A stretch of 64,000 bases of DNA from a virus (taxonomy: Duplodnaviria; Caudoviricetes): IMG/VR virus record IMGVR_UViG_3300012232_000010, positions 1 to 64,000 of that record. The stretch is one strand, 5' to 3'. This document shows positions 28,738 through 39,211 of this stretch, piece after piece (the first letter of the stretch is position 1; each line of letters opens with the position of its first letter). Both the position numbers and the translations under genes were made by a program. The notes beneath the pieces are model-generated. The model saw only the letters and a list, made by a program, of their open reading frames with translations, was not told the origin of the DNA and did no database searches.

Positions 28738-28907
28738 TAAATCTTATCTCCGAAATCTTCTTCCAAGATTATTATTTCGTTATCGCTTCTTGTTTCTGTT
28801 GTATAATTTTTTTTGCAATCTAAACAAGGTTTAGAACGAATCAACATAGGAACTTGTCCAGTCCCTTTACAATAGGGACAATTAGGATCGTAAACGAACT
28901 CTGCCAT
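28737..28907 (-). CDS. Small protein with DnaJ-like Cys motif
   Basis: CPYCKGTG...CLDC; start moved to MAEFV. Confidence 0.45.
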   Translation of the reverse strand: MAEFVYDPNCPYCKGTGQVPMLIRSKPCLDCKKNYTTETRSDNEIIILEEDFGDKI

Positions 28908-28926
28908 ATTATACCAATAAATCGTT

Positions 28927-29484
28927 TTATTTTTCGTTAGCGAATGTTCCATTTTTGGATACAAAGTCCGATAACAATTGCTTGTGCTTGACGTTAAAGG
29001 GTCCACCATTCCCGGTTTCGTATTCTATCAAGTCTTTGATTTTTCTTTGCGTATCTGGATCGGCCTTACTTACGGCTTTAGTTACTAAGCTTAAAAGATT
29101 GTTGCTACTTCTTGACTTTAGGAAATATTTTATAAGTCCAGTTATAACTATCAGGAATATGAGAGTAATAACACCCATTCCTAACACAACCCATCCAGCC
29201 CCGCCATATTTGATAACACCGGAGTTATTGACAGTATTCCTTAATTCTAGAACGCTTTGATTGATTTCTTGTTTGAAATCTTCTATAGTTTCCGCATCGA
29301 CCTTATTTTCTAAAAGCTTCTCTAAACTATTAAGATTATCTTCTACAGAAGCTATCTTAGCTTCTGCTCTAATACCATCTTTAGCTACACATCCAATTAT
29401 ACATAAAGCTTTGGGTAGAGTGACTAATACCATACATAGTGTCATAAAATTGACTAACCAAAGATTATTTTTTTCTTTTAGCAT
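28927..29484 (-). CDS. Membrane protein with coiled coil
   Basis: Two hydrophobic segments flanking a heptad-rich region. Confidence 0.55.
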   Translation of the reverse strand: MLKEKNNLWLVNFMTLCMVLVTLPKALCIIGCVAKDGIRAEAKIASVEDNLNSLEKLLENKVDAETIEDFKQEINQSVLELRNTVNNSGVIKYGGAGWVVLGMGVITLIFLIVITGLIKYFLKSRSSNNLLSLVTKAVSKADPDTQRKIKDLIEYETGNGGPFNVKHKQLLSDFVSKNGTFANEK

Positions 29485-29890
29485 TTTTTCTACCTTCGAA
29501 TATGTTGTTGACCAATCTATCAGCTAGTTTATTATGGCTTCTAGGCTCCCATTTCATACTGTGGTCTTCAAATTGTTCTAGTAACTCAAGAACTTTGTCG
29601 CAATGCGTTTTAAGCTCTGGATTAGTTACCTTAAAGTGTCCAGTTACTTGCTTAACCACTAATTGAGAATCCAGTATTACATGGACTATCTTAACACCCT
29701 CTTTTACGCATCTTGTAAGACCTTCTATAAGCGCTCTATATTCAGCGACATTAGAAGTCCCATTGGAACCACATTTTCTAGCACCTTGGAAAATAACCTC
29801 TTTTTCGTTTTGTGGATTAAAAGCAAGATACCCTAATGCCATTTTACCATTTCTTATTCCACCGTCACAACGCAACAAAACCTCATCCAT
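29465..29890 (-). CDS. rnhA: Ribonuclease HI family protein
   Basis: DGG, TSNVAEYRAL, DSQLVVKQ, PR..NKLADRL. Confidence 0.9.
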   Translation of the reverse strand: MDEVLLRCDGGIRNGKMALGYLAFNPQNEKEVIFQGARKCGSNGTSNVAEYRALIEGLTRCVKEGVKIVHVILDSQLVVKQVTGHFKVTNPELKTHCDKVLELLEQFEDHSMKWEPRSHNKLADRLVNNIFEGRKNAKRKK

Positions 29891-30816
29891 TATTTCATTC
29901 CATTCGGAAAACAAATTTCCTTAAATTGGCAATATCGGCATTTGCTTGTATTTGTTGTCTTTTCAAAATAATCTTCATCATCTTTATTCTTATGTGCTTC
30001 GACCAAAATCGGATATTCTTTCTTGATAATTGCAACTTGTCTTTCTATCTGCTTCTTAGTTATCTCTAAAATAGGTAATGATGCAGTAGGATCATCGTCA
30101 AAAGACGAGAGGAACACAGGAATTATGATTATGTCCGACACATCTTTTACCCACCCCTTTTTAATCGCGTACATACTATATGTTACTACTTGATCCACTA
30201 TGTCTTTGTTCGGTTTTCCGGTCTTCCAATCCACAATATAAACTTTACCGTCATGCCTAAAAGCACAGTCAAGTTTTACTGAAACTTCTTCCCCGCCTTT
30301 CAGGGAAAACTTTTGGAATTCTTCTGCCTCAATCCAGTCATCATCATTTAAAGATGACATAAGATCAAAGATATAACACTTGTAAAAAGCATCTATACAT
30401 CTTAAAGCCTTAAATTTGTAATCTTCAAGCTTATTTTTAGGCGGAATTTCATTATAATAATGTTCAAAGAAATTGGTTTTCTTAGCTTCTTTTTTCCATT
30501 GTTTATTAGCGGATTCTACCCATCCTTTTCTTAAAAGTTCAATAGCCTCTTTTTTTGAATCTTCTACAGTAGGCCATATACCCGATCTTCTAAAATCTTT
30601 TATTGCATCTTCTATGACATTATGAACTACCGTTCCAACGAACATAGGGAATGTGGTTAGATTCTTTAATCTATATGCTTGTTTTTGTTCATCTGATGCA
30701 TTTGGCAACCAGCCATTCCAGCTAGTATGATAATTCAAATGATATCTTTTGGCGCATTCTCTTAACGTTTTCACGCGAGATTCAGACCACGCGAATACTT
30801 GTTCTAAATTACCCAT
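29890..30816 (-). CDS. PD-(D/E)XK Cas4-like nuclease
   Basis: WSESR....EC, G..VH, KLD, IVDWKTG, Q...Y, CRYCQFKEIC. Confidence 0.85.
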   Translation of the reverse strand: MGNLEQVFAWSESRVKTLRECAKRYHLNYHTSWNGWLPNASDEQKQAYRLKNLTTFPMFVGTVVHNVIEDAIKDFRRSGIWPTVEDSKKEAIELLRKGWVESANKQWKKEAKKTNFFEHYYNEIPPKNKLEDYKFKALRCIDAFYKCYIFDLMSSLNDDDWIEAEEFQKFSLKGGEEVSVKLDCAFRHDGKVYIVDWKTGKPNKDIVDQVVTYSMYAIKKGWVKDVSDIIIIPVFLSSFDDDPTASLPILEITKKQIERQVAIIKKEYPILVEAHKNKDDEDYFEKTTNTSKCRYCQFKEICFPNGMK

Positions 30817-31030
30817 TCAATACCCCACCATATTTCTTTCTATAGGACAGGAGAGATTCTTCACACAAAGAACTTCCGGGCTGACTAGCGTATGCTCCGC
30901 ACTCTAAACACACATGATCATCATAATGCCTATGACCTTCTGGGTAATAATCTATCCACAGAAGTCTTATTGTTTTCTTGTCGCTATTGCACGGCCTGCA
31001 TGTCATCCAACTTTTATGCACTTCACTCAT
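30809..31030 (-). CDS. Small Cys-rich hypothetical protein
   Basis: CRPC...CLECG. Confidence 0.45.
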   Translation of the reverse strand: MSEVHKSWMTCRPCNSDKKTIRLLWIDYYPEGHRHYDDHVCLECGAYASQPGSSLCEESLLSYRKKYGGVLNG

Positions 31031-31384
31031 TTAACTATTCCAATATACGAAAACTTTCTTACCTTGTTCTTTTGCTATACTTATTGTGCTTTTAGTGCCT
31101 TTTGATTTTCCATCCCAAAATGCTATTATAGCATCAGAATTATCTACTATTATCTTATTTCTAATCGGGCCAGCGGCTTTACCATGTCTAGTCCAATCTG
31201 GTAAAAATTCTTTAATTGGAATACTATGATCTATAGCATATCTTTTAGCCAATTTGTCTGCCCCGATTGCGCCACCACTAATTATTGATTCTTTCACAAT
31301 AAAATTGTCTAACATCTTCTTCATGAAGTGATAATCATTAAATGATCTAGAGCCAACAACACCTATTTTATTGAATTTATGCAT
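31031..31384 (-). CDS. SLOG superfamily protein (YspA/DUF2493-like)
   Basis: VVGSRSF, SGGAIGAD, AAGPIRN, AFWDGKSKGT. Confidence 0.85.
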   Translation of the reverse strand: MHKFNKIGVVGSRSFNDYHFMKKMLDNFIVKESIISGGAIGADKLAKRYAIDHSIPIKEFLPDWTRHGKAAGPIRNKIIVDNSDAIIAFWDGKSKGTKSTISIAKEQGKKVFVYWNS

Positions 31385-32099
31385 CCAATACTCCTAAAGC
31401 TTCATCAATTATTTCTTGATGATTTATTGTGCCAGACGAGAAATGTAATACGTGTGGCTTGTTCTTTCTTATTCTCTCGTACCATTCCTTGACGTACCCT
31501 ATATTCCCCGAATAAGGATGACAGTTGTATTTGTTTGAGTCTAACAATATAATTTTATATTCTTTTTCTGTTTTGAGTTTAGTTATCGTTTCTGATAAGG
31601 ATTTTTGGTCTCGACATGGAGATTCTCGTCCATGCACTTCCTGTTGTTTTTCCCATTGCAACAAAAAGCTTAGTGATTTTACGTTGTTCTTAATTGCTAC
31701 AAAACCGGAACTAACATTATTGGTTTTGAATTTATCTTTCAATTCCCAATAAACTGTGACAGCAATATAAAAGTCTTTATTGAAGATATGAGATATATCA
31801 TCTACTATTAGGCAATCAACGTCTAGAAATATAAAATTGTCATTTTGTTTATCTTTTGTTATATAATTGGAAAAATAATCTATTAAGCACTTCACTTTTC
31901 TAGAACAGTTTTCTCCAAATTCTTCTGATTCCTTGAAAAACTTTTTGAATACCAATTTGTCGTTTTCGTTTTTAGGAGCAGGAAAATCTGTATACACATA
32001 TATCTTGTTGACGCAGGATTGATCGGACCAAGATTTTACGGTTTTCATAAACCTTGGATAATAATTTTTGCTGCAATAAGTTATGATATTGAATATCAT
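31377..32099 (-). CDS. GT-A nucleotide-diphospho-sugar transferase
   Basis: YTD, FLDVD (DxD), SSGF, DQ, YN, LHF. Confidence 0.75.
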   Translation of the reverse strand: MIFNIITYCSKNYYPRFMKTVKSWSDQSCVNKIYVYTDFPAPKNENDKLVFKKFFKESEEFGENCSRKVKCLIDYFSNYITKDKQNDNFIFLDVDCLIVDDISHIFNKDFYIAVTVYWELKDKFKTNNVSSGFVAIKNNVKSLSFLLQWEKQQEVHGRESPCRDQKSLSETITKLKTEKEYKIILLDSNKYNCHPYSGNIGYVKEWYERIRKNKPHVLHFSSGTINHQEIIDEALGVLDA

Positions 32100-32102
32100 T
32101 TA

Positions 32103-33281
32103 TTAATCAACAAAAATCGGGGCTTCTACTGTCTTTCCCCATGCTGGATGGACTAGGAAAAATGATTGTTGTGGTTTTTCGAACGCCGCCTTTATAGACA
32201 TTGCATACGGAGCATAACCAATTATTGACCCGTTGACTACGAAGTTTTTACTAGATAGTCTCTGATGCCAATGCCCGAAAACATCCAGATCGGCAAATTT
32301 CCCTTGATTCCATTGTGCTATTGCTTTATTAATTGGTACGCTAATCCCGCCCACTCCACCACCATATCTAATATAGTTGCCATGATGAAAACGAATAGAA
32401 TAACCATATATATCTAGATAGTTGAAATATCCTCTTGAAAGCTTAAACTGAACCTTCTCGGATTTCTCATAATGTGTGACTAGGAAGTTGTAGATAAGCC
32501 ACTCGAAGTTGTTTTCCACAGCGGTCGATATTCTGATCTTTTCTGTCGTGCGTGAGTGATTACCAACACTTGTGACTACTGTGATTTTCTTAAATCCACC
32601 GTGTTCTACTAGGAAGTCTATAGCCGACACGCACATCTTGTAAACGTCTATTGACGCTTCAATCGGACTCATAGCGTTATTTTCCATGAGTTCTTCGTGA
32701 ATGTATCCAGTTATTAAATCTCCACCTAGCCATAGAACTAGGTTGTCTATGGTGGATTTACTTCTAGACATTTCTATTAGCTTTAGGCCATTTTGGAATA
32801 CTTTATCGAAACGCTCTTTTGCTATTCTTATATTGTATTCATTCAGTCCGTCTACTGTCTTTGGGTCTACCGTTTCTTCGTAATGAAGGTCTGAACAGAG
32901 TATAACGGCGGTACTTTCTGAAGGTTTATTATCAGAGATAATTTTGATCTTGTCGAATTCCAAAGAGTTTGCAATAGTTGCGAATCTACTTACAGCATCT
33001 AGCTCGCCAGTTTTACTCTCAAGAACTTTCAGTAGTTCATCATATTTTTTCTGAAGGTCTCTTTTTTCTTTAGAGACAGACTTTAGCTTACTATCCAATC
33101 CAATTTCTTGATCCGGAGTAAGCATAGGTGCGCCAGACACAAATCCTTTATCCATAGCTTTGTTATATTGGGTACTTAGAGTCTTTCTTGGAATACCCAA
33201 GGCTTTTGCAGCGGCACTTATGCTGCCATGTTTAGAAACGGCATCTATAGCTTGTTGAAGTTTGTTTATTTCTTTACTCAA
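32103..33281 (-). CDS. HTH plus calcineurin-like metallophosphoesterase
   Basis: N-terminal HTH (GSISAAAKALGIPRKTL); SDLH, GGD, GNH, HHG, GHWH. Confidence 0.8.
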   Translation of the reverse strand: MSKEINKLQQAIDAVSKHGSISAAAKALGIPRKTLSTQYNKAMDKGFVSGAPMLTPDQEIGLDSKLKSVSKEKRDLQKKYDELLKVLESKTGELDAVSRFATIANSLEFDKIKIISDNKPSESTAVILCSDLHYEETVDPKTVDGLNEYNIRIAKERFDKVFQNGLKLIEMSRSKSTIDNLVLWLGGDLITGYIHEELMENNAMSPIEASIDVYKMCVSAIDFLVEHGGFKKITVVTSVGNHSRTTEKIRISTAVENNFEWLIYNFLVTHYEKSEKVQFKLSRGYFNYLDIYGYSIRFHHGNYIRYGGGVGGISVPINKAIAQWNQGKFADLDVFGHWHQRLSSKNFVVNGSIIGYAPYAMSIKAAFEKPQQSFFLVHPAWGKTVEAPIFVD

Positions 33282-35034
33282 GGTTACACTTCCCTCCGGG
33301 ACAAGAATTGTCACTATTTTCTATCTTACATTTATTGATGTGTTCTTTAGCTTCGTCTAATGATAAGGGCATAACCGGACTTTCCCCTTTTGAACCATCC
33401 CTATATATAGTCATACCCTTTAAATTTTTGATGTGCTTAGAGATTATTTCGGACAAATCTTTTTCAGTAGCGCTAGACGGTAAATTGATTGTTTTGCTAA
33501 CAGCGTTGTCTATGTGCTTCTGGCAGACTTCTTGCATTCTACAGTGTTGTTCTGGCGATATTTCGTGCGCACCCTCAAAGTGAGAGTAATCCTTATTTTG
33601 CTCTATGAATTCCTTCAAAAGAGGATGAACTACTATTTCGCTTGATTGATTAGTCATTTCGGAATGAAAATCTTTGTGTGTATTGAAATTTCTTCTGTAT
33701 ACTGGCGCAAACATAGGCTCAAGACCAGAACTACAACCAGCTACTATACTAGTTGTTCCTGTTGGTGGACAAGTTAGTATGAAACAGTTTCTTATGCCAT
33801 ACTCTAAAATCTTTTTTCTCAAACCCGGAGTTAGACACTTTTTACAAAATCCACTTTCTATAAATTTGTTTCTATCTAAAAGTGGAAACTGACCTTTTTC
33901 CACAGCAAGAAATATGCTTGCTTCGTAAGCCTTTTTCTTGATGAAACTCATTATGGAGTCTGTAACTTCCAAAGCCTTATCGGAAGAATACTTGACACCC
34001 ATCCTTAGAAGGGTATCGTGTAACCCCATAACACCGAGACCTATTCTTCTTTCCTTTTGGGAAAAATCTTTTATGATAGGCAACGGGAAATCGTTTTTAT
34101 CTAGAACATTGTCTAAAAATCTGACACCCAACCTAATCGTATCGTCCAAAGATGACCAGTCTATTTCCCCATCTTTGTCTACGTGAGAAGATAAAACTAT
34201 GTTTCCCAAGCAACAAATCGAGTATGGCGCTAAAAACTGTTCTCCGCACGGATTGGTAGAAGTGAACTGTCTGCAATAATACAGGTTATTATATTCTTCT
34301 GCATTTCCTATATTCAGGAAACCGGGATCACCAGTTATCAAAGAGTTCTCTACGGCCTTATCGTACAGCCACTTGGCTTTAATAGTCTTTACCGTCTTAC
34401 CTTGCCACTTCAACTCTATATCTTCATCTTTCTTAAGAAGATCGAAGAAAGTGTTATCAACCAATATACTTATATTCGCGTTGTTAAGTTCTTTTTTATC
34501 TAGTTTGACATGCAAAAATTCTTCTATATCAGGATGATTGTAAGATAGGCAGAACATTAAAGCTGATCGCCTACCACCACCCTCTCTTAGTTCGTTACAA
34601 ACACCATTCACTATTTTCATAAGGGACACAGCACCAGTTGCGACTCCACCAGTACCCTTTATTTCTGCCCCTCTTGGACGAATATTATCAAACGATATTC
34701 CTATTCCACCACCCAGACCACTTATGATCGTAACATCACTAAGTAGCTGACCCCAACCTTCTCTGGAATCTTCCGAAGGAATAACAAAACAATTCAACAT
34801 AGCAGACTTCTTACGTCCAGCACCACGCCAAATTCTTCCACCGGGACTAAATCTATTAGTGTTTAGAATATCGAAAAATCTATCCGCGAAATGTTTGATT
34901 TTATCACCATCTTCAGCGCTTGCTATAAAGTTAGCAACTCTTTGGCAAGCATCTTGAAATTCTTCACTTTCATGAATGGCGTATCTATCTTTAAATATTT
35001 GTAGAGAAAAACCTTCTGGACTATATGGATTCAT
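33274..35034 (-). CDS. nrdJ: Class II (adenosylcobalamin-dependent) ribonucleotide reductase
   Basis: LNCFV, GGGIG, RRSA, NIS, TNPCGEQ, C.LG, PPTGT.S, SKTINLP, YRDGSK; no beta-subunit gene nearby. Confidence 0.9.
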   Translation of the reverse strand: MNPYSPEGFSLQIFKDRYAIHESEEFQDACQRVANFIASAEDGDKIKHFADRFFDILNTNRFSPGGRIWRGAGRKKSAMLNCFVIPSEDSREGWGQLLSDVTIISGLGGGIGISFDNIRPRGAEIKGTGGVATGAVSLMKIVNGVCNELREGGGRRSALMFCLSYNHPDIEEFLHVKLDKKELNNANISILVDNTFFDLLKKDEDIELKWQGKTVKTIKAKWLYDKAVENSLITGDPGFLNIGNAEEYNNLYYCRQFTSTNPCGEQFLAPYSICCLGNIVLSSHVDKDGEIDWSSLDDTIRLGVRFLDNVLDKNDFPLPIIKDFSQKERRIGLGVMGLHDTLLRMGVKYSSDKALEVTDSIMSFIKKKAYEASIFLAVEKGQFPLLDRNKFIESGFCKKCLTPGLRKKILEYGIRNCFILTCPPTGTTSIVAGCSSGLEPMFAPVYRRNFNTHKDFHSEMTNQSSEIVVHPLLKEFIEQNKDYSHFEGAHEISPEQHCRMQEVCQKHIDNAVSKTINLPSSATEKDLSEIISKHIKNLKGMTIYRDGSKGESPVMPLSLDEAKEHINKCKIENSDNSCPGGKCNLE

Positions 35035-35546
35035 TAACTTTTTCCTATGAAATCTTGTATTGAAGCAGATTCTTGCATTAAAAGAATTTTATTTTCAGGA
35101 GACCATCTTACCACTTCTATAAAATGATTTTCTAGCATATCGCGAACAACTTGTGGTAATGAGTCTACTTTAGAATCGGCATACAAGCCGACCTTAGATG
35201 TTGTCACTGGACCATACACAACTTTAGTTATGCCTTTTTGAATAATATGCGCCCAACAATGAATACATGGTGGACCAGTTATATACGCTGTCGCACCTTC
35301 TAGGCTTGAAGAACAATTTAGAATCGCGTTTTCCTCTGAATGTAAAATGGGAGGGTATTTCTCTGGACGTTCTTTTGGCATTTTTGATTCGTCAACTTTT
35401 CTCGGATATCCGTTGTACCCTAATCCCACTATCTGATTATTTTTATTTACTAGGACACATCCGCATTTAGTGCTTTCATCAGGGCTGCGTTTTGACGCCC
35501 AAAAAGCCATGACCATAAAGTAGTCGTCCCAATTGATTCGTTCCAT
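35034..35546 (-). CDS. dCMP deaminase
   Basis: RSPD, GYNG, HSEENA, PCIHC. Confidence 0.92.
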   Translation of the reverse strand: MERINWDDYFMVMAFWASKRSPDESTKCGCVLVNKNNQIVGLGYNGYPRKVDESKMPKERPEKYPPILHSEENAILNCSSSLEGATAYITGPPCIHCWAHIIQKGITKVVYGPVTTSKVGLYADSKVDSLPQVVRDMLENHFIEVVRWSPENKILLMQESASIQDFIGKS

Positions 35547-35558
35547 ACCTATTATATC

Positions 35559-36341
35559 CTAAATTCCATTTTTTGTTAGAAAATCTCTAATGGATTTTAC
35601 CGAAGTAGAAGTTACCAAAAAACTAAATGCGTAACGATTGTCTTCGGTTTTTCCTATACCCGTCAATACACCGATCAGATAATAGTCTTCGCCAACTTTC
35701 GTATACAATCCTCCACCACTAGAACCAAATGCTGCATTTCCAGATGAAATAATTTGTCCAGTATCATCTTCAATATCAGATATATTCCCCATTGTCATTA
35801 CAGGATTTTGTCTTAACGGACAAGCAGACATGTAAACATCAACAAGATTATTCAAACTACCAAATATATTATCATCGGCTATTTTTGCTATATTGCACAA
35901 ATCTTCATCTAATTCAAAAGATATAATCCCGGCATCAATACCATCGGATTCTATCTCGTCTTCAAATTTTGCGATTACTTTTCTGTCAACTTTGCCGTTA
36001 AAAGTATATAATGTGACTTCGAACTTTCCTTCAATAACAATATCTCTATTAGCCCCTGTGATAAAATCTTTTGGGCGATATTTTTGAACAATATTTCTAT
36101 CATCAGTTATATGCTTAACAGTCAAGATATAGTATTTGCATTTACCATTATCACATTTCTTATCTATTATTGTGCCAGACCCAAACGTTGGTTCTGGTGA
36201 TTTTATCATTACTGTTGGCCATATAAGTTGCTCTCTTTTAATCTGAATTGGGTCTGCTTGCTTAGTCTCACTTTTTGTAAGATTAATCCCTATAAAAGCT
36301 GTCAATAGAGATATCAAGCAAAATAGTTTTATATTGCTCAT
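35559..36341 (-). CDS. Secreted trypsin-like serine protease
   Basis: Signal-like N-terminus; GSG, LTVKH, D, GSSGGGL catalytic triad motifs. Confidence 0.8.
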   Translation of the reverse strand: MSNIKLFCLISLLTAFIGINLTKSETKQADPIQIKREQLIWPTVMIKSPEPTFGSGTIIDKKCDNGKCKYYILTVKHITDDRNIVQKYRPKDFITGANRDIVIEGKFEVTLYTFNGKVDRKVIAKFEDEIESDGIDAGIISFELDEDLCNIAKIADDNIFGSLNNLVDVYMSACPLRQNPVMTMGNISDIEDDTGQIISSGNAAFGSSGGGLYTKVGEDYYLIGVLTGIGKTEDNRYAFSFLVTSTSVKSIRDFLTKNGI

Positions 36342-36360
36342 ACTTTACTACTTTCTAAAA

Positions 36361-36804
36361 TTACTTGTCAATCTTTTCGTTCACGGCCTCTATCGCACCG
36401 TTTAGTGCTAGTACGGCAAGCTTGTTTCCCACATTCGTAGAATCCTCTGTTTCTATATATTTATTTACAAAGTTCAGTAGAGCAACAGCAAACATCTGGA
36501 TTTGTGGATCGTTCAAATTATCAATCAATTCTTGTGCTTGTGTCAAGGTGTATTCTGCGGGATTTTGGCACAAGTCTTTACAATTACCCAAAAATACTAC
36601 TATATTCTTGTATTGATCTTGAGTGAGTTCTGAATCCTTGAGCATCATTCTTGTAACTTGCTTTACAGTTTGTTGTATTTGTTCTGGATGATGTTCTACA
36701 ATATTAGTTACTACAGCTTCTCCAATCTTTTTCTTAACCGAAGCACACCCAAAAGAAGTTAGGCAAAGTGACAGGACCATAAACATAAAAATAAAATTTT
36801 TCAT
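36361..36804 (-). CDS. Predicted lipoprotein
   Basis: Hydrophobic N-terminus with SFGC lipobox. Confidence 0.6.
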   Translation of the reverse strand: MKNFIFMFMVLSLCLTSFGCASVKKKIGEAVVTNIVEHHPEQIQQTVKQVTRMMLKDSELTQDQYKNIVVFLGNCKDLCQNPAEYTLTQAQELIDNLNDPQIQMFAVALLNFVNKYIETEDSTNVGNKLAVLALNGAIEAVNEKIDK

Positions 36805-36867
36805 ACTATTTCTCCAAAAGTTTAAGAAAATCTGTGGATTTGAGCCAATCTCTTTTCCGTTTCTTTT

Positions 36868-37356
36868 CTAAGAAGCATAAGTTTCTCTTATCTTTTTAAT
36901 TGCTTTGTTCTTACTTGTGAATACACAGTTGCTAGATATGTCTAACTTTTCAGATATTTCTCTAAGAGTATTGTTTTCTAAGTAATACATGACTAGTATA
37001 TTTCTTTCTCTATCCGTCAGTTTTTCTAGCATTTCCGCAATGAATATACTGTCGTCTTGCGAGCCATCCTTAGCGATTGAAGAAACGGTATTATCATATA
37101 TGTTTTTACACAAATTCTTCTCTCGTCTTATGTATTTCAAGATATTTCCGTGGACTGTTCTGTATAAATAATTATTGAAAGACCCCAATTGATTATTATA
37201 ATAAATCATAGCATAAAGTAGCTTAACTTTGGCTATAGCCATGAGTTCATCAGGGTTTTTATACTTGAAACCAGCCACTATCTGGAATAAAAGCTTTACT
37301 TTACTTTTATAGTAATAGTTGTAGTAAGAACTAGTTATTCTTCTTCGTAATCTCAA
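36868..37356 (-). CDS. Sigma70-family RNA polymerase sigma factor (regions 2 and 4)
   Basis: Y....GSF.NY region 2; LTDRERNIL.MYY....TLREISEKL.IS...V.....KAIKKIR region 4 HTH. Confidence 0.8.
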   Translation of the reverse strand: MRLRRRITSSYYNYYYKSKVKLLFQIVAGFKYKNPDELMAIAKVKLLYAMIYYNNQLGSFNNYLYRTVHGNILKYIRREKNLCKNIYDNTVSSIAKDGSQDDSIFIAEMLEKLTDRERNILVMYYLENNTLREISEKLDISSNCVFTSKNKAIKKIRETYAS

Positions 37357-37588
37357 TTAACATATCCCTAAATTGTGGCAAATCTGCGTCTTTAAAAGTG
37401 AAGCAGCAGAAATGACCATACTTACATTTGTAACCAAAAACGTATTTTATAGCAACCCAAGCCCGTTTAATGAAATTTCTATATTGACAAAGGAATATTT
37501 CTGTATATAATTCTTTATCAATTTCGTCATACGAGAACTTAAGAGTATGCTCTGGGCTATAACAATAACACTCAAAAAACTTAGTCAT
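37331..37588 (-). CDS. Hypothetical phage protein
   Basis: CYC...H, RAWVAIKYVFGY. Confidence 0.55.
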   Translation of the reverse strand: MTKFFECYCYSPEHTLKFSYDEIDKELYTEIFLCQYRNFIKRAWVAIKYVFGYKCKYGHFCCFTFKDADLPQFRDMLIEITKKNN

Positions 37589-38421
37589 TACACCTTCCTA
37601 AACTTCGATTCTATATATTCTATCCCGCTTGGAGATTTTTCTACGGTAATTCCATGAACCAATAGTGGAAACTCCGCATCAACAATTCTAAACAACTTTA
37701 TAGCAAGACAACGAATCTCTGCGTCTGCCGCCAGTGAACCACGCATTTCAATAAAGTGTCTGATAGCCCGGCCATTAAAAGTGGTAAAGCACTTAGTCTC
37801 TGTGGCGTTAGGCAGTACACTTCTAGCTGCTTCTCTGGCTTTCTTTCGACGCTCTGTTTTATCTTCAATGGTGGCATACATGCCGTTCAAATGATCCGTC
37901 AGAACCTTATAATATTCTACTGTCTTGCTTAGGTAAGCCCTATATTCTTCTAACACTTCTGGTTTCTGCGCACCTAATTCTTGAATAGCTGGCGGAATTA
38001 CGAAATCTGTATCACTTTCATCTACATATCTTTGGCTCAATTGACTATAAGCCATACCAGCGCGGTGTCTGACTAATTCGTGAGTCAAACTACGAGAGAC
38101 ATTCCAGATTTCAAAATTCAAATTGATATGTTCTAGTACACTACCATGTTGAACCTCTATAAGATGTTTGATATGATCATCGTGAGACCGACCCTTTTTA
38201 GCTTCTGAACCCTTTTGAGGCCAAGACATGTAACATGTTCGTCCCGCCATTTCGATTAGCCATTCGCCATCCCTGTCACCCAAATCTTGGTTCGAGTCTA
38301 GCTTATTTTGAAATTCTGGCCACTCAAGATCGTGGTCGTCCAAAAATGCTGTTAGACCATTAATATCTATCACTGGTCTACCTACTAGCTTAACTTCAGC
38401 TTCTGTAACAAATCTAGTCAT
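37588..38421 (-). CDS. thyX: FAD-dependent thymidylate synthase
   Basis: GRTCY, HGSVLEH, SRSLTHELVRHR, SQLSQRY, AR.VLP, N.R, EIR. Confidence 0.95.
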   Translation of the reverse strand: MTRFVTEAEVKLVGRPVIDINGLTAFLDDHDLEWPEFQNKLDSNQDLGDRDGEWLIEMAGRTCYMSWPQKGSEAKKGRSHDDHIKHLIEVQHGSVLEHINLNFEIWNVSRSLTHELVRHRAGMAYSQLSQRYVDESDTDFVIPPAIQELGAQKPEVLEEYRAYLSKTVEYYKVLTDHLNGMYATIEDKTERRKKAREAARSVLPNATETKCFTTFNGRAIRHFIEMRGSLAADAEIRCLAIKLFRIVDAEFPLLVHGITVEKSPSGIEYIESKFRKV

Positions 38422-39211
38422 AAGTCTCCTTAATCTCATCAATTATTAACGAGTAATTACAATCGTACCATCCCGATGTACTTAACGCATTTATTTCTAA
38501 CAAAAATGTCCCCTCTTTATTCTTTGCTATATCTACAACAAATAAATCATCAGGATACCAATAAGAACTCTTGATCATCCTTTCAGCCAAATATACTATA
38601 ACTTCTGGAACATATTTATCAGGATCAAATCCTAAGTAATTTGTTTTTTCACAAAATGTTTTATACTGACAACCAGTTATGTATTTATCCTTGTTGAATA
38701 TTAATCTATATTCGAAGTCTATATGCTTAACTGGTGCTACTACTAATTCATCATTTCTACCAAAACAAGAATTGATATAGTCTAAATCTTTAGGAGTATA
38801 CACCCCTCCACAAAATCCATTTGGCTTATAACCAACTGCTGGTCTAACAAATAGATTGTTATTCGGATGGAAGAAGCATTTATCTTCAAGGTCTCTACAT
38901 TTTATAATAGAAAAATTCCAATTGAAAAGATTATTGGGAAATCCTCTGTACTTTTGATAATAAATTCTCCAATCGTAATTTTCTATTGTGCAGGACGTAA
39001 TAAGGTTAGGATTGTTGAGTTCCTTGATTTTTCTAATAAACTCTAGAGAGCCATAACAAAACGTTTTCTCTGTACAAGTGTCTAGGTGGGCGTATGAAGA
39101 ATTTACAGCGCCTTTGTTGAAAACTTTGTAGGGAATCTTTTTATTTTTCAAAACAGATATTAGAGTTTTAATATCGTCTTCAAAAACAAGGTCTTCTACT
39201 AAAAATTGCAT
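38414..39211 (-). CDS. ATP-grasp domain protein (DUF4343/R2K-like)
   Basis: YGS, FVRP, EYR, VVDI, LEIN..STSGWY. Confidence 0.7.
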   Translation of the reverse strand: MQFLVEDLVFEDDIKTLISVLKNKKIPYKVFNKGAVNSSYAHLDTCTEKTFCYGSLEFIRKIKELNNPNLITSCTIENYDWRIYYQKYRGFPNNLFNWNFSIIKCRDLEDKCFFHPNNNLFVRPAVGYKPNGFCGGVYTPKDLDYINSCFGRNDELVVAPVKHIDFEYRLIFNKDKYITGCQYKTFCEKTNYLGFDPDKYVPEVIVYLAERMIKSSYWYPDDLFVVDIAKNKEGTFLLEINALSTSGWYDCNYSLIIDEIKETYD

